Shown one piece after another: positions 38,463 through 46,466 of a DNA stretch of 64,000 bases. Source of the DNA: Candidatus Rokuibacteriota bacterium (GTDB taxonomy: Bacteria; Methylomirabilota; Methylomirabilia; Rokubacteriales; CSP1-6). Within the stretch, counting starts at the first letter, position 1, and every line of letters starts with the position of its first letter. The stretch lies in assembly GCA_003220535.1 (NCBI GenBank), contig QHSU01000057.1, positions 246,863 through 310,862 on the forward strand, given 5' to 3'. The notes below the pieces were generated by a model. The model saw only the letters and a program-made list of their open reading frames with translations, searched no databases and had not been told where the DNA came from. Both the position numbers and the translations under genes were made by a program.

Positions 38463-38560
38463 GGAACGATCACGACGGGTCAGGCGCATCAAGATCTGGA
38501 AATCGCAGGAGCTTGAGCGGCTGTGTGGGAATCCGATCGGCGTATCTATGCTGAACGGCT

Positions 38561-38581
38561 ACGTGACACAAAGTGTCACGT
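38561..38581. promoter_or_regulatory. Palindromic candidate enhancer (bEBP binding site)
   Basis: Perfect inverted repeat ACGTGACAC-AAA-GTGTCACGT about 100 bp upstream of the sigma-54 motif. Confidence 0.62.
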
Positions 38582-38772
38582 TTCACAGTAATGTGCGCTT
38601 TCTGATATCTCTGCTTCGGGCGTCTTCCCGCAAGTCCCGGAGATGCTGAAGACGATCAACGCGATCGTCGAGCTCGACAAGGCGGCGAAGGCGGCCCCGA
38701 AGGCACCGTAGTGGGGACGTACGACGCCTTCGGCCGGTGGGAGCGTCGCGGCAGTGATCGCAGCGGTCGCCT

Positions 38773-40509
38773 CTATTCTTGCCAGCTGAAGGACAGCGTC
38801 AACCCGAAGGGAGCTGCCGGCGCCGCGGCCGGGCTGCAGACGCCCGAGATCGTGCAGGCTTGCCGGGCGTTCAGCGTATCGACGTTCACGCCGATGTCCG
38901 TCCCATCCGTCGCGAGGTTGCGATAGATCGACGTGGCAGCGAGATGGTAGTCCCCCGCCGCGAAGTTCACGAACCCCACAGCCAAGACCGTGACAGGGAA
39001 GAAGTTGTTGGCGGGATAGCTCAGGGAGCTTCCTCCGATCATCAGGTTGCGCGTGAACGGCGCCGCGGCGAAGCGCCCGTTCAGGGTTGGCGTGCCCTCG
39101 CCGAAGGACCCGGACACGAGTCCGAAGCTGCCGCGCTGGAAGATATTATTCTGGAACGTATTCGCCCCAGGCTCGAAGACCTGGTTCGTACTATCCTGCG
39201 CGTTGATGGGCGCCATGTTGGAGAACACGGTGTTGTGGTTGAAGACCATCTCTTGGGCGCTGTTGGGTTCGGGTGAGCCCGGGGAGTAGCTCGCGAAGGT
39301 CCAGGCGTTGCCGAGCCCACCCCAGGTCACCGAGTTGATGTCGTCGAAGAGGTTATTCTCAAAGAGGCCCCGCGCCATGTTGGACGAGGCGTTCGGGTCG
39401 TCATGCACGAGGAACTGGATGCCCGTTCCGCCGCTCTTGACGATGTTGTTCCGAAAGGTGATGTCTTGGACCCGCGATCCCGGATCAGTGCCGTTCTGGT
39501 TTCGGACGTTCAAGCGGATCAGTTGGCCCCCGTCCCCATTCGCGGGCACCCACGCGGTCTCGAAGCGGTTCCCCTCGATCAAGACGCGGGCCATGTTCTT
39601 CAGCTCGAAAGTTGTTTTCGCGACGACGCTCGTGCCGCGCCACCGGGCGGCATCCTTCGGGACGTAGTTATTGCGGAAGTCCAGGTCGGCCGGCCGGAGC
39701 GCGGCAGCGCTGGCGTCCGAGCCGCCGAACAGCACATTGATCGCCGCCGCCTGGATGAAGTTATTGACGATCTTGAAGGGGCCCGATCCATTCCACGCGA
39801 TCACGCCCTTGGACTCCCCGTCATCCCCCGAGAGGATTTGGTTCGGAGCGGCTTTCATGTCGTCCACGTAGGAGTCCAGCAGCGCGATCTTCGCACCATT
39901 CATCTGCACGCCGAACTTGAGCCCCGCCGAGAGCGCGGTCGAGAACGAATGCAGATACACACGGTCGAGCACGATGTTCGTCGCCAGCTGGCCGACGGTC
40001 GTCTCGGCGCCGCTGCCGATTCGGATCAGGGTGGCGTGCGGGGAGCCATTCGAGATGGTCACTTCGAGGCCGACGAGCCGCCACTGGCGGGCGCCGGCCA
40101 GGATGTCGATGATTGGGGTAAAACTCGCTCCCGTCCCCGGCCCCTGGATCTTCGGCATGTTCGTGGCGTTCGCAGGCCCGACGCGTGTCCCGGCGGCTGG
40201 CAGGGACGCAAGGGCGCTGCTCCGGATGATGATCCAGCCCGTCCCAGCCGCCCGCGCGGGGATCGTGAGAGCCCCGGTGAACGCGCTGCCCGCCTGGACG
40301 ACGATCTCGTGGTTCAGGTTCGGGTTCGCCACGGCCGCGGCGTTGATCGCCGTTTGGATGCTGCCCCCCGCATTGACGGGGAAGGTCGATCCGGTAACCG
40401 CTGGAAGCGTGGTGTCGAAAGTGGTCGGAGGTGTTTGTGCCGAAGCGGGGGCGTGGACCCAGAGAAGCAGTCCGACGGTGACGGCGAACAGCCGGAACGC
40501 CGTCCTCAT
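38773..40509 (-). CDS. Secreted right-handed parallel beta-helix (pectin-lyase-fold-like) protein
   Basis: Signal peptide MRTAF...ASAQ; Asn-rich repeats (IVNNFI, FRNNYV, IEGNRF, FRNNIV, FENNLF, FNHNTV, FQNNIF); C-terminal DYHL...DGTDIG. Confidence 0.8.
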   Translation of the reverse strand: MRTAFRLFAVTVGLLLWVHAPASAQTPPTTFDTTLPAVTGSTFPVNAGGSIQTAINAAAVANPNLNHEIVVQAGSAFTGALTIPARAAGTGWIIIRSSALASLPAAGTRVGPANATNMPKIQGPGTGASFTPIIDILAGARQWRLVGLEVTISNGSPHATLIRIGSGAETTVGQLATNIVLDRVYLHSFSTALSAGLKFGVQMNGAKIALLDSYVDDMKAAPNQILSGDDGESKGVIAWNGSGPFKIVNNFIQAAAINVLFGGSDASAAALRPADLDFRNNYVPKDAARWRGTSVVAKTTFELKNMARVLIEGNRFETAWVPANGDGGQLIRLNVRNQNGTDPGSRVQDITFRNNIVKSGGTGIQFLVHDDPNASSNMARGLFENNLFDDINSVTWGGLGNAWTFASYSPGSPEPNSAQEMVFNHNTVFSNMAPINAQDSTNQVFEPGANTFQNNIFQRGSFGLVSGSFGEGTPTLNGRFAAAPFTRNLMIGGSSLSYPANNFFPVTVLAVGFVNFAAGDYHLAATSIYRNLATDGTDIGVNVDTLNARQACTISGVCSPAAAPAAPFGLTLSFSWQE

Positions 40510-40796
40510 CAGCCGCTCGCTTGCGCGGGCGGGCGCGGCGTCGATGCGCCGGCCGCAGACAGGATCTCGATGCCGTTGAACCGGAAATGATGGGCCCCTG
40601 AGGCGGTCTGGATTGCCGATCCCACGCTTGGGCCGGCGACGAGCTTCGGCATGACGGCGGCGTACGAGAGGGTTGCGCGCGTACCCGGCGAGGGGAGGCT
40701 GCTGTCGGGGGCGCTGGTGCGGACGGTGATCCGGCGCCCGCCAACGGGGAGAAGAACGAGCGCGTGACGTACGCTCGAACCCGCTCCTGAAAACAT
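40509..40796 (-). pseudogene. 95-codon internally deleted remnant of a paralogue of the 38292 gene
   Basis: Matches the 38292 gene (VRxALVLLPVGG, ITVRTSAPDSSLP, HHFRF) but lacks about 250 bp; its stop overlaps the next ATG (TGATG). Confidence 0.78.
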
Positions 40797-40843
40797 CCTG
40801 GTCTCCCTTCGCGGAAGACCCGGTGTTCCCGGGGACGAGCGCG

Positions 40844-40933
40844 CCCTCCTTCGGTAGCCCGGCCGTCAGGCGCCTTGCCTGGCCCGTGGCTTTGCAGCCC
40901 CGTCTCACGACGGGTGTGCCCTTATCGGGAGGG
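40844..40933 (-). ncRNA. Cyclic di-GMP-I (GEMM-I) riboswitch
   Basis: Minus strand CCCUCCCGAUAAGGGCACACCCGUC-GUGA-GACGGGGCUGCAAAGCCACGGGCC...GACGGCCGGGCUACCGAAGGAGGG: P1, GNRA-capped P2, GCAAAG junction, P3 and UACCG 3' end. Confidence 0.85.
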
Positions 40934-40957
40934 TCTTCCCTCTGAAAGACCAAGGAT

Positions 40958-40975
40958 TTGCACGGGGGGTGCCAA
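40958..40975 (-). promoter_or_regulatory. Sigma-54 -24/-12 promoter
   Basis: TTGGCACCCCCCGTGCAA; predicted +1 near 40948, just 5' of the riboswitch. Confidence 0.8.
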
Positions 40976-41065
40976 GGAGCGATCACGACATGTCAGGCGC
41001 ACCAAGATCTGGAAATCGCAGGGGCTTGAGCGGCTGCGTGGAATCCGATCGGCATATCGGGGCGA

Positions 41066-41082
41066 GTAACACGCAGTGTCAC
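41066..41082. promoter_or_regulatory. Second copy of the candidate enhancer palindrome
   Basis: GTAACAC-GCA-GTGTCAC at the position equivalent to 38563-38579. Confidence 0.55.
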
Positions 41083-41189
41083 ATTCGACCTCCATATGTG
41101 CTTTCTGGCACCTCTAGTTCGCGATGGGTCGCCAGCGTTGCCGAGTCCCTTGATCTGAGCCCCGACTTCGTTTCTTCCCGGGCGGTTGT

Positions 41190-41520
41190 GAACTTGACTC
41201 CGACGTCGGCGCCGTCGAGTTCGAAGTGGCCCCCGACGACGCCGACGTTGTCAGCCCGGTTTCCCTTCTACGGCGCGATTGGCGTGTTCATATCGGTCTG
41301 GACCTCCGTCTGCGCGAGGGCACGGGTGTAGACCCGCATCTCGTCGATTCGCCCGCCGAAGAAGTCGTAATTCGCGGATCCCATGGTCCACGCGCCGGCG
41401 GAGAGTTCCAATGACGGCACCGAGCGAACCGACTTGCGGTGTGCCGCTGGGGGCTCCGTCGACAAGGACGCGAAGGGTCGAGCCGTCCGAAACGATGGCC
41501 ACATGGTGCCACGCCGGCCG
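41190..41520 (-). pseudogene. Remnants of a LamG/concanavalin-like domain and an Ig-like domain
   Basis: WHHVAIVSDGSTLRVLVDG, then after a frameshift FFGGRIDEMRVYTRALAQTEVQTDMNTPI; separate DNVGVVGGHFELDG fragment at about 41200-41252; no start. Confidence 0.7.
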
Positions 41521-41818
41521 CCGCAGCGCCCACGAAGTGCTCAGAGGCATGATGTACCTGAGCCCCCGCGTCTCGCGCACGCTGGTCCAGGCGTACCTGG
41601 CGAAGTCGGAGCTTCCGCCCGACCCGCTGACGCCGCGCGAGCGCGAAGTCCTGTAGCTCGTCGCGGAAGGCAAGACCACGAAGGAGGTCGCCGAGGCCCT
41701 GGGGATCAGCGTTAAGACCGCCGAGTCCCACCGGGCGCACATCTTGAGGAAGCTCGACACGCCGAACATCGCGGGCATCGTCCGGTACGCGATCCGCCGG
41801 GGCCTGGTCAAGATCTGA
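41521..41818 (+). pseudogene. NarL/LuxR-type response regulator, C-terminal fragment with an internal stop
   Basis: YLSPRVS...LTPREREVL*LVAEGKTTKEVAEALGISVKTAESHR; TAG at 41654-41656; receiver domain absent. Confidence 0.85.
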
Positions 41819-42301
41819 GACTGCGAGACGGCGCGCACGATCGTCACCGACCAGCCGGTACCCGTCATCCTCCTCACCGGCTATGCCGGCGCCGAGCTCG
41901 TCCGCCGCGCGCGGGCGGCGGGTGTCGTCGCGTACCTCACGTCCGTGGACCGGAAGCCGCTCATCTCGGCCATCGAAATCGCGCTGGAACGCTTCGGAGA
42001 GTTCCGGATCCTCCGGAGGGAAGGGAGCGACCCGAGCGAAGCGCCGGTGACCCGGCAACTCGTAGAACACGCCAAGAAGGTGCTGATCGCGCGGCTCGGG
42101 CTCTCCGAGGCCGAGGCCTTCCGGCACATCCTTGAGCGCAAGCTGGACACGCGTCGGAGCCTTCGTGACACCGCCCGGACAATCCTCGGGGCGGAGGGGG
42201 TGCTGGCCCGGCCCGACTTCGCCCGCTCCCTCGAGCTGATCTTTCACGCCGTTCGTGGCGACCTGAGGCCGCGTCGGCGCGCCGCCCTGAGCCGGCGATG
42301 A
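41819..42301 (+). pseudogene. ANTAR-domain response regulator (PdtaR/NasT-like), 5'-truncated
   Basis: PVPVILLTGY...ARAAGVVAYL receiver end, then RQLVEHAKKVLIARLGLSEAEAFRHI ANTAR helix; N-terminal receiver half missing. Confidence 0.75.
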
Positions 42302-42617
42302 CGGAGTCGATCCCTGCATTCGTCTTGCGGATGCTCAGCGTGACGGAGGGGCTGAAGCACAACCCCGGGCGGATGCTCCTGATCGTCCGCCGACCGTACG
42401 CCCAGCTCAAGGTGCCCGTGAGCACGAGCACTCATCGTTCCTGGGCCTGCGGCGAATTTCTGGAAATTGTGCTGGTTCTTCGGGGGATTTCCTGACGACT
42501 TATTGGGGATTCCCCGAGTGGAGCGCCACCGGCGCGGATTCTACTGTAGCAGTGCCGTGAGGCAAGCGGGGGCGATGAGTCCGTAGCAGGGCCGGTTTCG
42601 GCCCGGAGGGCTCGGCA

Positions 42618-43196
42618 ATGATGACGACGGTGAGGTGGGCGGGTGCTGCAGTCGCAACGGCGGCGCTGGTGCTCGGGCCTGGGCGTCCTCTGGCCGCCCC
42701 TCCGGTCCCACCAAGCGGGTACACGATCGGCCCCGAGGACCTCCTCGACGTCACGGTGTGGAACAACACGGGGATCAGCCGGACGGTGCCCGTCCGGCCC
42801 GACGGCAAGATCTCGCTGCCGCTGCTCGACGACGTGCAGGCCGCCGGCCTCACCCCCAAGCAGCTCAAGGATGACCTGACCAGAAGGTTGGCCAAGTACA
42901 TCTCCGCACCCGAGGTGTCGGTCATCATCCGCGAGATCCACAGCCTCCGGGTTGCGGTGCTCGGTGAGGTGAACAAGCCCGGCCGCTACGACCTCAAGAG
43001 CCGCGCCTCCGTCCTCGATGCCATCGCCCTCGCCGGGGGGTTCAACCCCTTCGCCCGTCGGTCGAAGATGGTGATCGTCCGGGTGGAGGGCTCGACCGTC
43101 ACGCGCATCCCCTGCGACTACAACAAGGTCGTCTCCGCCGACGGCCAGCAGGAGAGCTTCTTCCTCCGACCCGGCGACACCCTGATCGTGCCCTGA
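42618..43196 (+). CDS. Polysaccharide biosynthesis/export protein (Wza-like Poly_export + SLBB)
   Basis: YTIGPEDLL, VRPDGKISLPLL, GEVNKPG, AIALAGG, LRPGDTLIVP. Confidence 0.92.
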   Translation: MMTTVRWAGAAVATAALVLGPGRPLAAPPVPPSGYTIGPEDLLDVTVWNNTGISRTVPVRPDGKISLPLLDDVQAAGLTPKQLKDDLTRRLAKYISAPEVSVIIREIHSLRVAVLGEVNKPGRYDLKSRASVLDAIALAGGFNPFARRSKMVIVRVEGSTVTRIPCDYNKVVSADGQQESFFLRPGDTLIVP

Positions 43197-43197
43197 C

Positions 43198-44253
43198 ATG
43201 GCGATGGCCCAGCGAGAGCACGGCGAGACCATCGTGGCCGGCCCAGGGCACGATGGCGGCTTCACGGTCACGTGGGCGCTCGCCGTCTTGCGACGGCACG
43301 CCCGGCTGGCGACCGTGGTCTTCAGCGTGGTGCTCGCGGGCGCCGCGACCTCCGCGATGTCGCTCCCCGACATCTATCGCTCGACGGCCACGGTGCTGGT
43401 CGAGCACCCCGGGACCACGGAGGGAGTCGGGAAATCGCTGATCGCCGGTGAGCTCGAGACCCGGCTGCAGACGATCGGGCAGGAGGTGTTGAGCCAAGCC
43501 CGGCTCACGGCCCTCATGGACCGGTTCGATCTCTATCCGGAGCTCAGGGCGCACGGAGCACACGCCGCCGCCGTCGAGCGCCTGCGACGCGATATCCAGG
43601 TGAAGCTGACGAAGGCAGAGCCGGGGGCGGGCCGGCCGACCACCGTCGCCTTCAGCATCATGTTTCGCTGGCGGCATCCCGAAACGGTCGCGCGCGTCGC
43701 CAACGCTCTGGCGGCCTTCTACGTCGAGGAGAACGGTAAGATCCGCGAGCGCCAGGCGAGCGCCGCCCGGCTCACCCGCCTGACCCAAGAGCTGGCCCAG
43801 ATGCAGGAGGTCTACACCTCCCAGTACCCGGACGTCATTCGGCTCAAAGCGGAGATCGCCGCGCTCGAGCGCCTGCCCAGGGCGACCGCTGCGGTGGGGG
43901 AAGAATTCCGCATCCTGGATCCCGCAAGCCCCGCTCGGAGCCCGGCCGCGCCGAAGCGCTTCGGATTCGTCCTGCTCGGGATCGGTCTCGGCCTCGGCGC
44001 GGCGGTGGCGGCGGTGCTCCTCGCCGATCAGTTCGACGGATCGTTCCACACGCTCGAGGAGCTCCGGGCGTTCACGAACGTGCCCGTCCTGGCGAGCATT
44101 CCCCGCATCGGCGTCGCCCGCCCGAACCGGCAGCCGCGCTGGCTGACTGCGGCGCCGATCGCAGTCGGCCTGGTGCTGGTGGTGCTCGTCTCCTACCATC
44201 TCGCGAGCGGCAACGACCAGCTGGCCTTTCTCTTCTCGCGAACCACGCCGTGA
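43198..44253 (+). CDS. Polysaccharide chain-length determinant/co-polymerase (Wzz/Wzc N-terminal-like, no kinase domain)
   Basis: TM, LPDIYRSTATVLVE, YPDVIRLK, FRILDPA..P, second TM, PVLASIP. Confidence 0.82.
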   Translation: MAMAQREHGETIVAGPGHDGGFTVTWALAVLRRHARLATVVFSVVLAGAATSAMSLPDIYRSTATVLVEHPGTTEGVGKSLIAGELETRLQTIGQEVLSQARLTALMDRFDLYPELRAHGAHAAAVERLRRDIQVKLTKAEPGAGRPTTVAFSIMFRWRHPETVARVANALAAFYVEENGKIRERQASAARLTRLTQELAQMQEVYTSQYPDVIRLKAEIAALERLPRATAAVGEEFRILDPASPARSPAAPKRFGFVLLGIGLGLGAAVAAVLLADQFDGSFHTLEELRAFTNVPVLASIPRIGVARPNRQPRWLTAAPIAVGLVLVVLVSYHLASGNDQLAFLFSRTTP

Positions 44254-44260
44254 GCGGCCG

Positions 44261-45790
44261 TCAGATCCCCCGCTCCGCGAGGAACTTGGCGTAGTCGCGC
44301 TGGCCTTCCTTCGCTTTCCGGATCTGCTCGGGCGAGTAGAACTTCGCGAGATCGACGACCTCGACGTTGTACCGGGCGCGCTCGAAGGCGTCCTTGTGGA
44401 TGAACGGCCGCGTGGCGTCGATGCCCATGGCGCCCGAGAATCGGATATTGCTCTGCGTCCACTGGCGGTCGCCGGCCGAGCTCCGCTCCGCCGGCTGAAA
44501 GGTCTGCCCGAAGCCGCCCTCGCAGATCGTCAGGACGTCCTCCTTCGGGTTCACCCGCGTCGTGAGCGCCCAGAGGACGTCTTCGATGTTGTAGATGTCG
44601 ACGTCCTCATCGACCACGATGCCGAGGCGCGCCCCCAGCGAGATCGAGAGCGCGGCGGTCAGGATGTTGCGCTGGAGTCCCTCGTCGCGCGCGCGCCGCT
44701 TCTTCACCTGGAAGATTACGCCGCCCCAGTCGGTCATCCCCATCGGGATGTGTGTGTCGACGCAGAGGCCCGGCACGATCCGCTCGGCCAGCTCGAGGAA
44801 GCACGCCTCGCGGACGATCCCGTCGATGAAGTGCTCGTCCATGCCGTGCACGATAAGGCCGTAGTAGAGCGGCCGGTCCGCCCGATGGGTGATCGCCGTC
44901 GCCTGGAACTTGTAGGTCCGGTACGATTTGCCCATGTACCCCGACCACTCCGGGTGGAACGGGTGCACCCCTTGCACGTCATCCTTCTCGGCGAGCGGGC
45001 TCTCCCACACCTTCTGGGTGGTGTCGATGTAGCCCTCGATGACGTACTCCGCGCTGGCGATCGACCAGGCGTCCTGGGTCCGCGCGCGGACGAGCTCCAC
45101 GGGGGCGCCCTGGAGCGCGCCCGCGACGCCGAGCTCGTCGCAGCCCCGCGGCAGGATCACGTAGGTGAAGCCCGAGCCGGCCATCATCGTGCAGGTCGGC
45201 GGGATGCCGATGTTGATCGTGACCGGGATCGGCCCCTTGCGGTACCAGTGCGTGACCACCTGGTCCATGTGGGAGCCGGGAGAGATCTGGAAGCTCGAGT
45301 AGTCCGGCCCTCGGAAGTTCATCCGGTTGTAGCCGATGTGTGAGCCGCCCCAGAAATGCTTGCCGCGGACGACCGTCGTGCCGGCGCCGAGCGTGCGCCC
45401 GGGATCGCTGTCGGAGTGCGAGATCATGGGGACGACGTCCCACACGTCGAAGCTCCGCGTGAGCACCACTTCCTGGCAGGGTCCGTCCTTCACTTCCACG
45501 GGCGGCAAGGGATCACGCAGGGCCTCGACGACCTTGTGCTTGAGGTTTCGCGGGTCGTCGACGTCCAGGAGCTTGGCGATGCGCTGGGCGTTCGCGAAGA
45601 TGTTGTTGCAGATGCGCGCGTTCGGGTAGCCCTTCACCTTGTTGAAGAGCAGGGCCGCGCCGCCGTCGAAGTGCTTCTGGATCGCCGCGACCTCCAGGTG
45701 CGGATCGACCTCCACGTCCGTGGTGACCAGCTCGCTGACGGCCTCGAGGTACTCGAGCGTCGAGCGAAGGCTCCCGATATCCTTCTTCAT
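44261..45790 (-). CDS. UbiD family (prFMN-dependent) decarboxylase
   Basis: EVDPHLEV, LLFNKVKGY, EYVIEG, EWSGY, IVVDEDVDI, WALTTR, MGIDAT. Confidence 0.88.
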   Translation of the reverse strand: MKKDIGSLRSTLEYLEAVSELVTTDVEVDPHLEVAAIQKHFDGGAALLFNKVKGYPNARICNNIFANAQRIAKLLDVDDPRNLKHKVVEALRDPLPPVEVKDGPCQEVVLTRSFDVWDVVPMISHSDSDPGRTLGAGTTVVRGKHFWGGSHIGYNRMNFRGPDYSSFQISPGSHMDQVVTHWYRKGPIPVTINIGIPPTCTMMAGSGFTYVILPRGCDELGVAGALQGAPVELVRARTQDAWSIASAEYVIEGYIDTTQKVWESPLAEKDDVQGVHPFHPEWSGYMGKSYRTYKFQATAITHRADRPLYYGLIVHGMDEHFIDGIVREACFLELAERIVPGLCVDTHIPMGMTDWGGVIFQVKKRRARDEGLQRNILTAALSISLGARLGIVVDEDVDIYNIEDVLWALTTRVNPKEDVLTICEGGFGQTFQPAERSSAGDRQWTQSNIRFSGAMGIDATRPFIHKDAFERARYNVEVVDLAKFYSPEQIRKAKEGQRDYAKFLAERGI

Positions 45791-45862
45791 CCTCTCCCTC
45801 CCGAGAGGGATACTGCTCCGGCGACGCTCGCGGCGTCAAGTGAGCCCCGCGGGCGCGGGTGC

Positions 45863-46381
45863 TCATCGCGCGGGCGGAGGGGCGACGGCGAGCTCGACGA
45901 TTTCGGCGCGGGGACCGGCCGGCCCGATATAGAGTCGCGCCACCGCGACCGGCAGCGTGAAGCGACGCGGCCCGGCGCTGCCGGGATTGAGCAGCAGCAG
46001 GCGCGCCCGGCGCGCGACGCTCGGCCGATGCGAGTGGCCGGAGATGACGACGTCGACACCCTCGCTCGCCGGGTCGCCGCGGAGCTCCTTGAGGTCATGG
46101 ACGACGCACAGGCGCACGCCGCCGACTTCCGTCCTCGCGACGTCCGGCAGCGCTGCCGCCCAGGCGTCGCGGTCGTTGTTGCCGCGCACGGCGATGACCG
46201 GGGCGATCGCCCGGAGCGCCTCGAGGATCGCGGCGCCGCCGATGTCGCCGGCGTGGACGATCACATCGACTCCGGCCAGCGCCGCGACGGCCTCCGGCCG
46301 CAAGAGTCCGTGCGTGTCGGCGATGACGCCGACGACGGCTCCCGACATCGTGGTGCGCGCCCGCTTGCCGACACGCCGCAT
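45863..46381 (-). CDS. YfcE-like metallophosphoesterase
   Basis: ADTHG, HAGDI, VRGNND, GHSH, NPGS; start ATG 46381 or 46348. Confidence 0.9.
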   Translation of the reverse strand: MRRVGKRARTTMSGAVVGVIADTHGLLRPEAVAALAGVDVIVHAGDIGGAAILEALRAIAPVIAVRGNNDRDAWAAALPDVARTEVGGVRLCVVHDLKELRGDPASEGVDVVISGHSHRPSVARRARLLLLNPGSAGPRRFTLPVAVARLYIGPAGPRAEIVELAVAPPPAR

Positions 46382-46466
46382 CGTCGTCGAGTGTAGCCGC
46401 GACAGTCTTCGCTTGCCCAGGGGTCGCTCCGGGACTAGCATCGCGCTCATCGAAAGGGAGGGTGAC

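Larger units (their letters stand above)
37827..38600. repeat. Copy A of a diverged direct repeat (regulatory cassette plus gene 5' end); copy B at about 40567-41105
   Basis: Shared blocks such as CGACGAGCTTCGGCATGACGGCGGC, GGGAGGCTGCTGTCGGGGGCGCTGGT and CAAGATCTGGAAATCGCAGG. Confidence 0.9.
40567..41105. repeat. Copy B of the diverged direct repeat
   Basis: Colinear similarity to 37827-38600 with an internal deletion. Confidence 0.9.

Noticed and set aside
40844-40933. 3',3'-cGAMP-specific (GEMM-Ib) assignment for the riboswitch
   Set aside because: The position equivalent to Vc2 nucleotide 20 is G, not A, by manual alignment.
38773-40986. 737-aa ORF as listed in the track
   Set aside because: The first ~160 codons run through the promoter, riboswitch and remnant; the signal peptide starts at ATG 40509.
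41654-41818. Programmed stop-codon read-through (Pyl/Sec) producing a LuxR-ANTAR fusion
   Set aside because: The TAG is at a position normally Gln (one-step CAG to TAG), both genes lack their 5' ends and the neighbourhood is decayed; pseudogenisation is simpler.
42298-42495. 65-aa ORF after the ANTAR fragment
   Set aside because: It overlaps the upstream stop but has no recognisable motif; not enough support to call it a gene.
42571-42604. Hammerhead ribozyme or fluoride riboswitch (GGCGATGAGTCC)
   Set aside because: Lacks the CUGAUGA/GAAA core and the fluoride riboswitch pairing elements.
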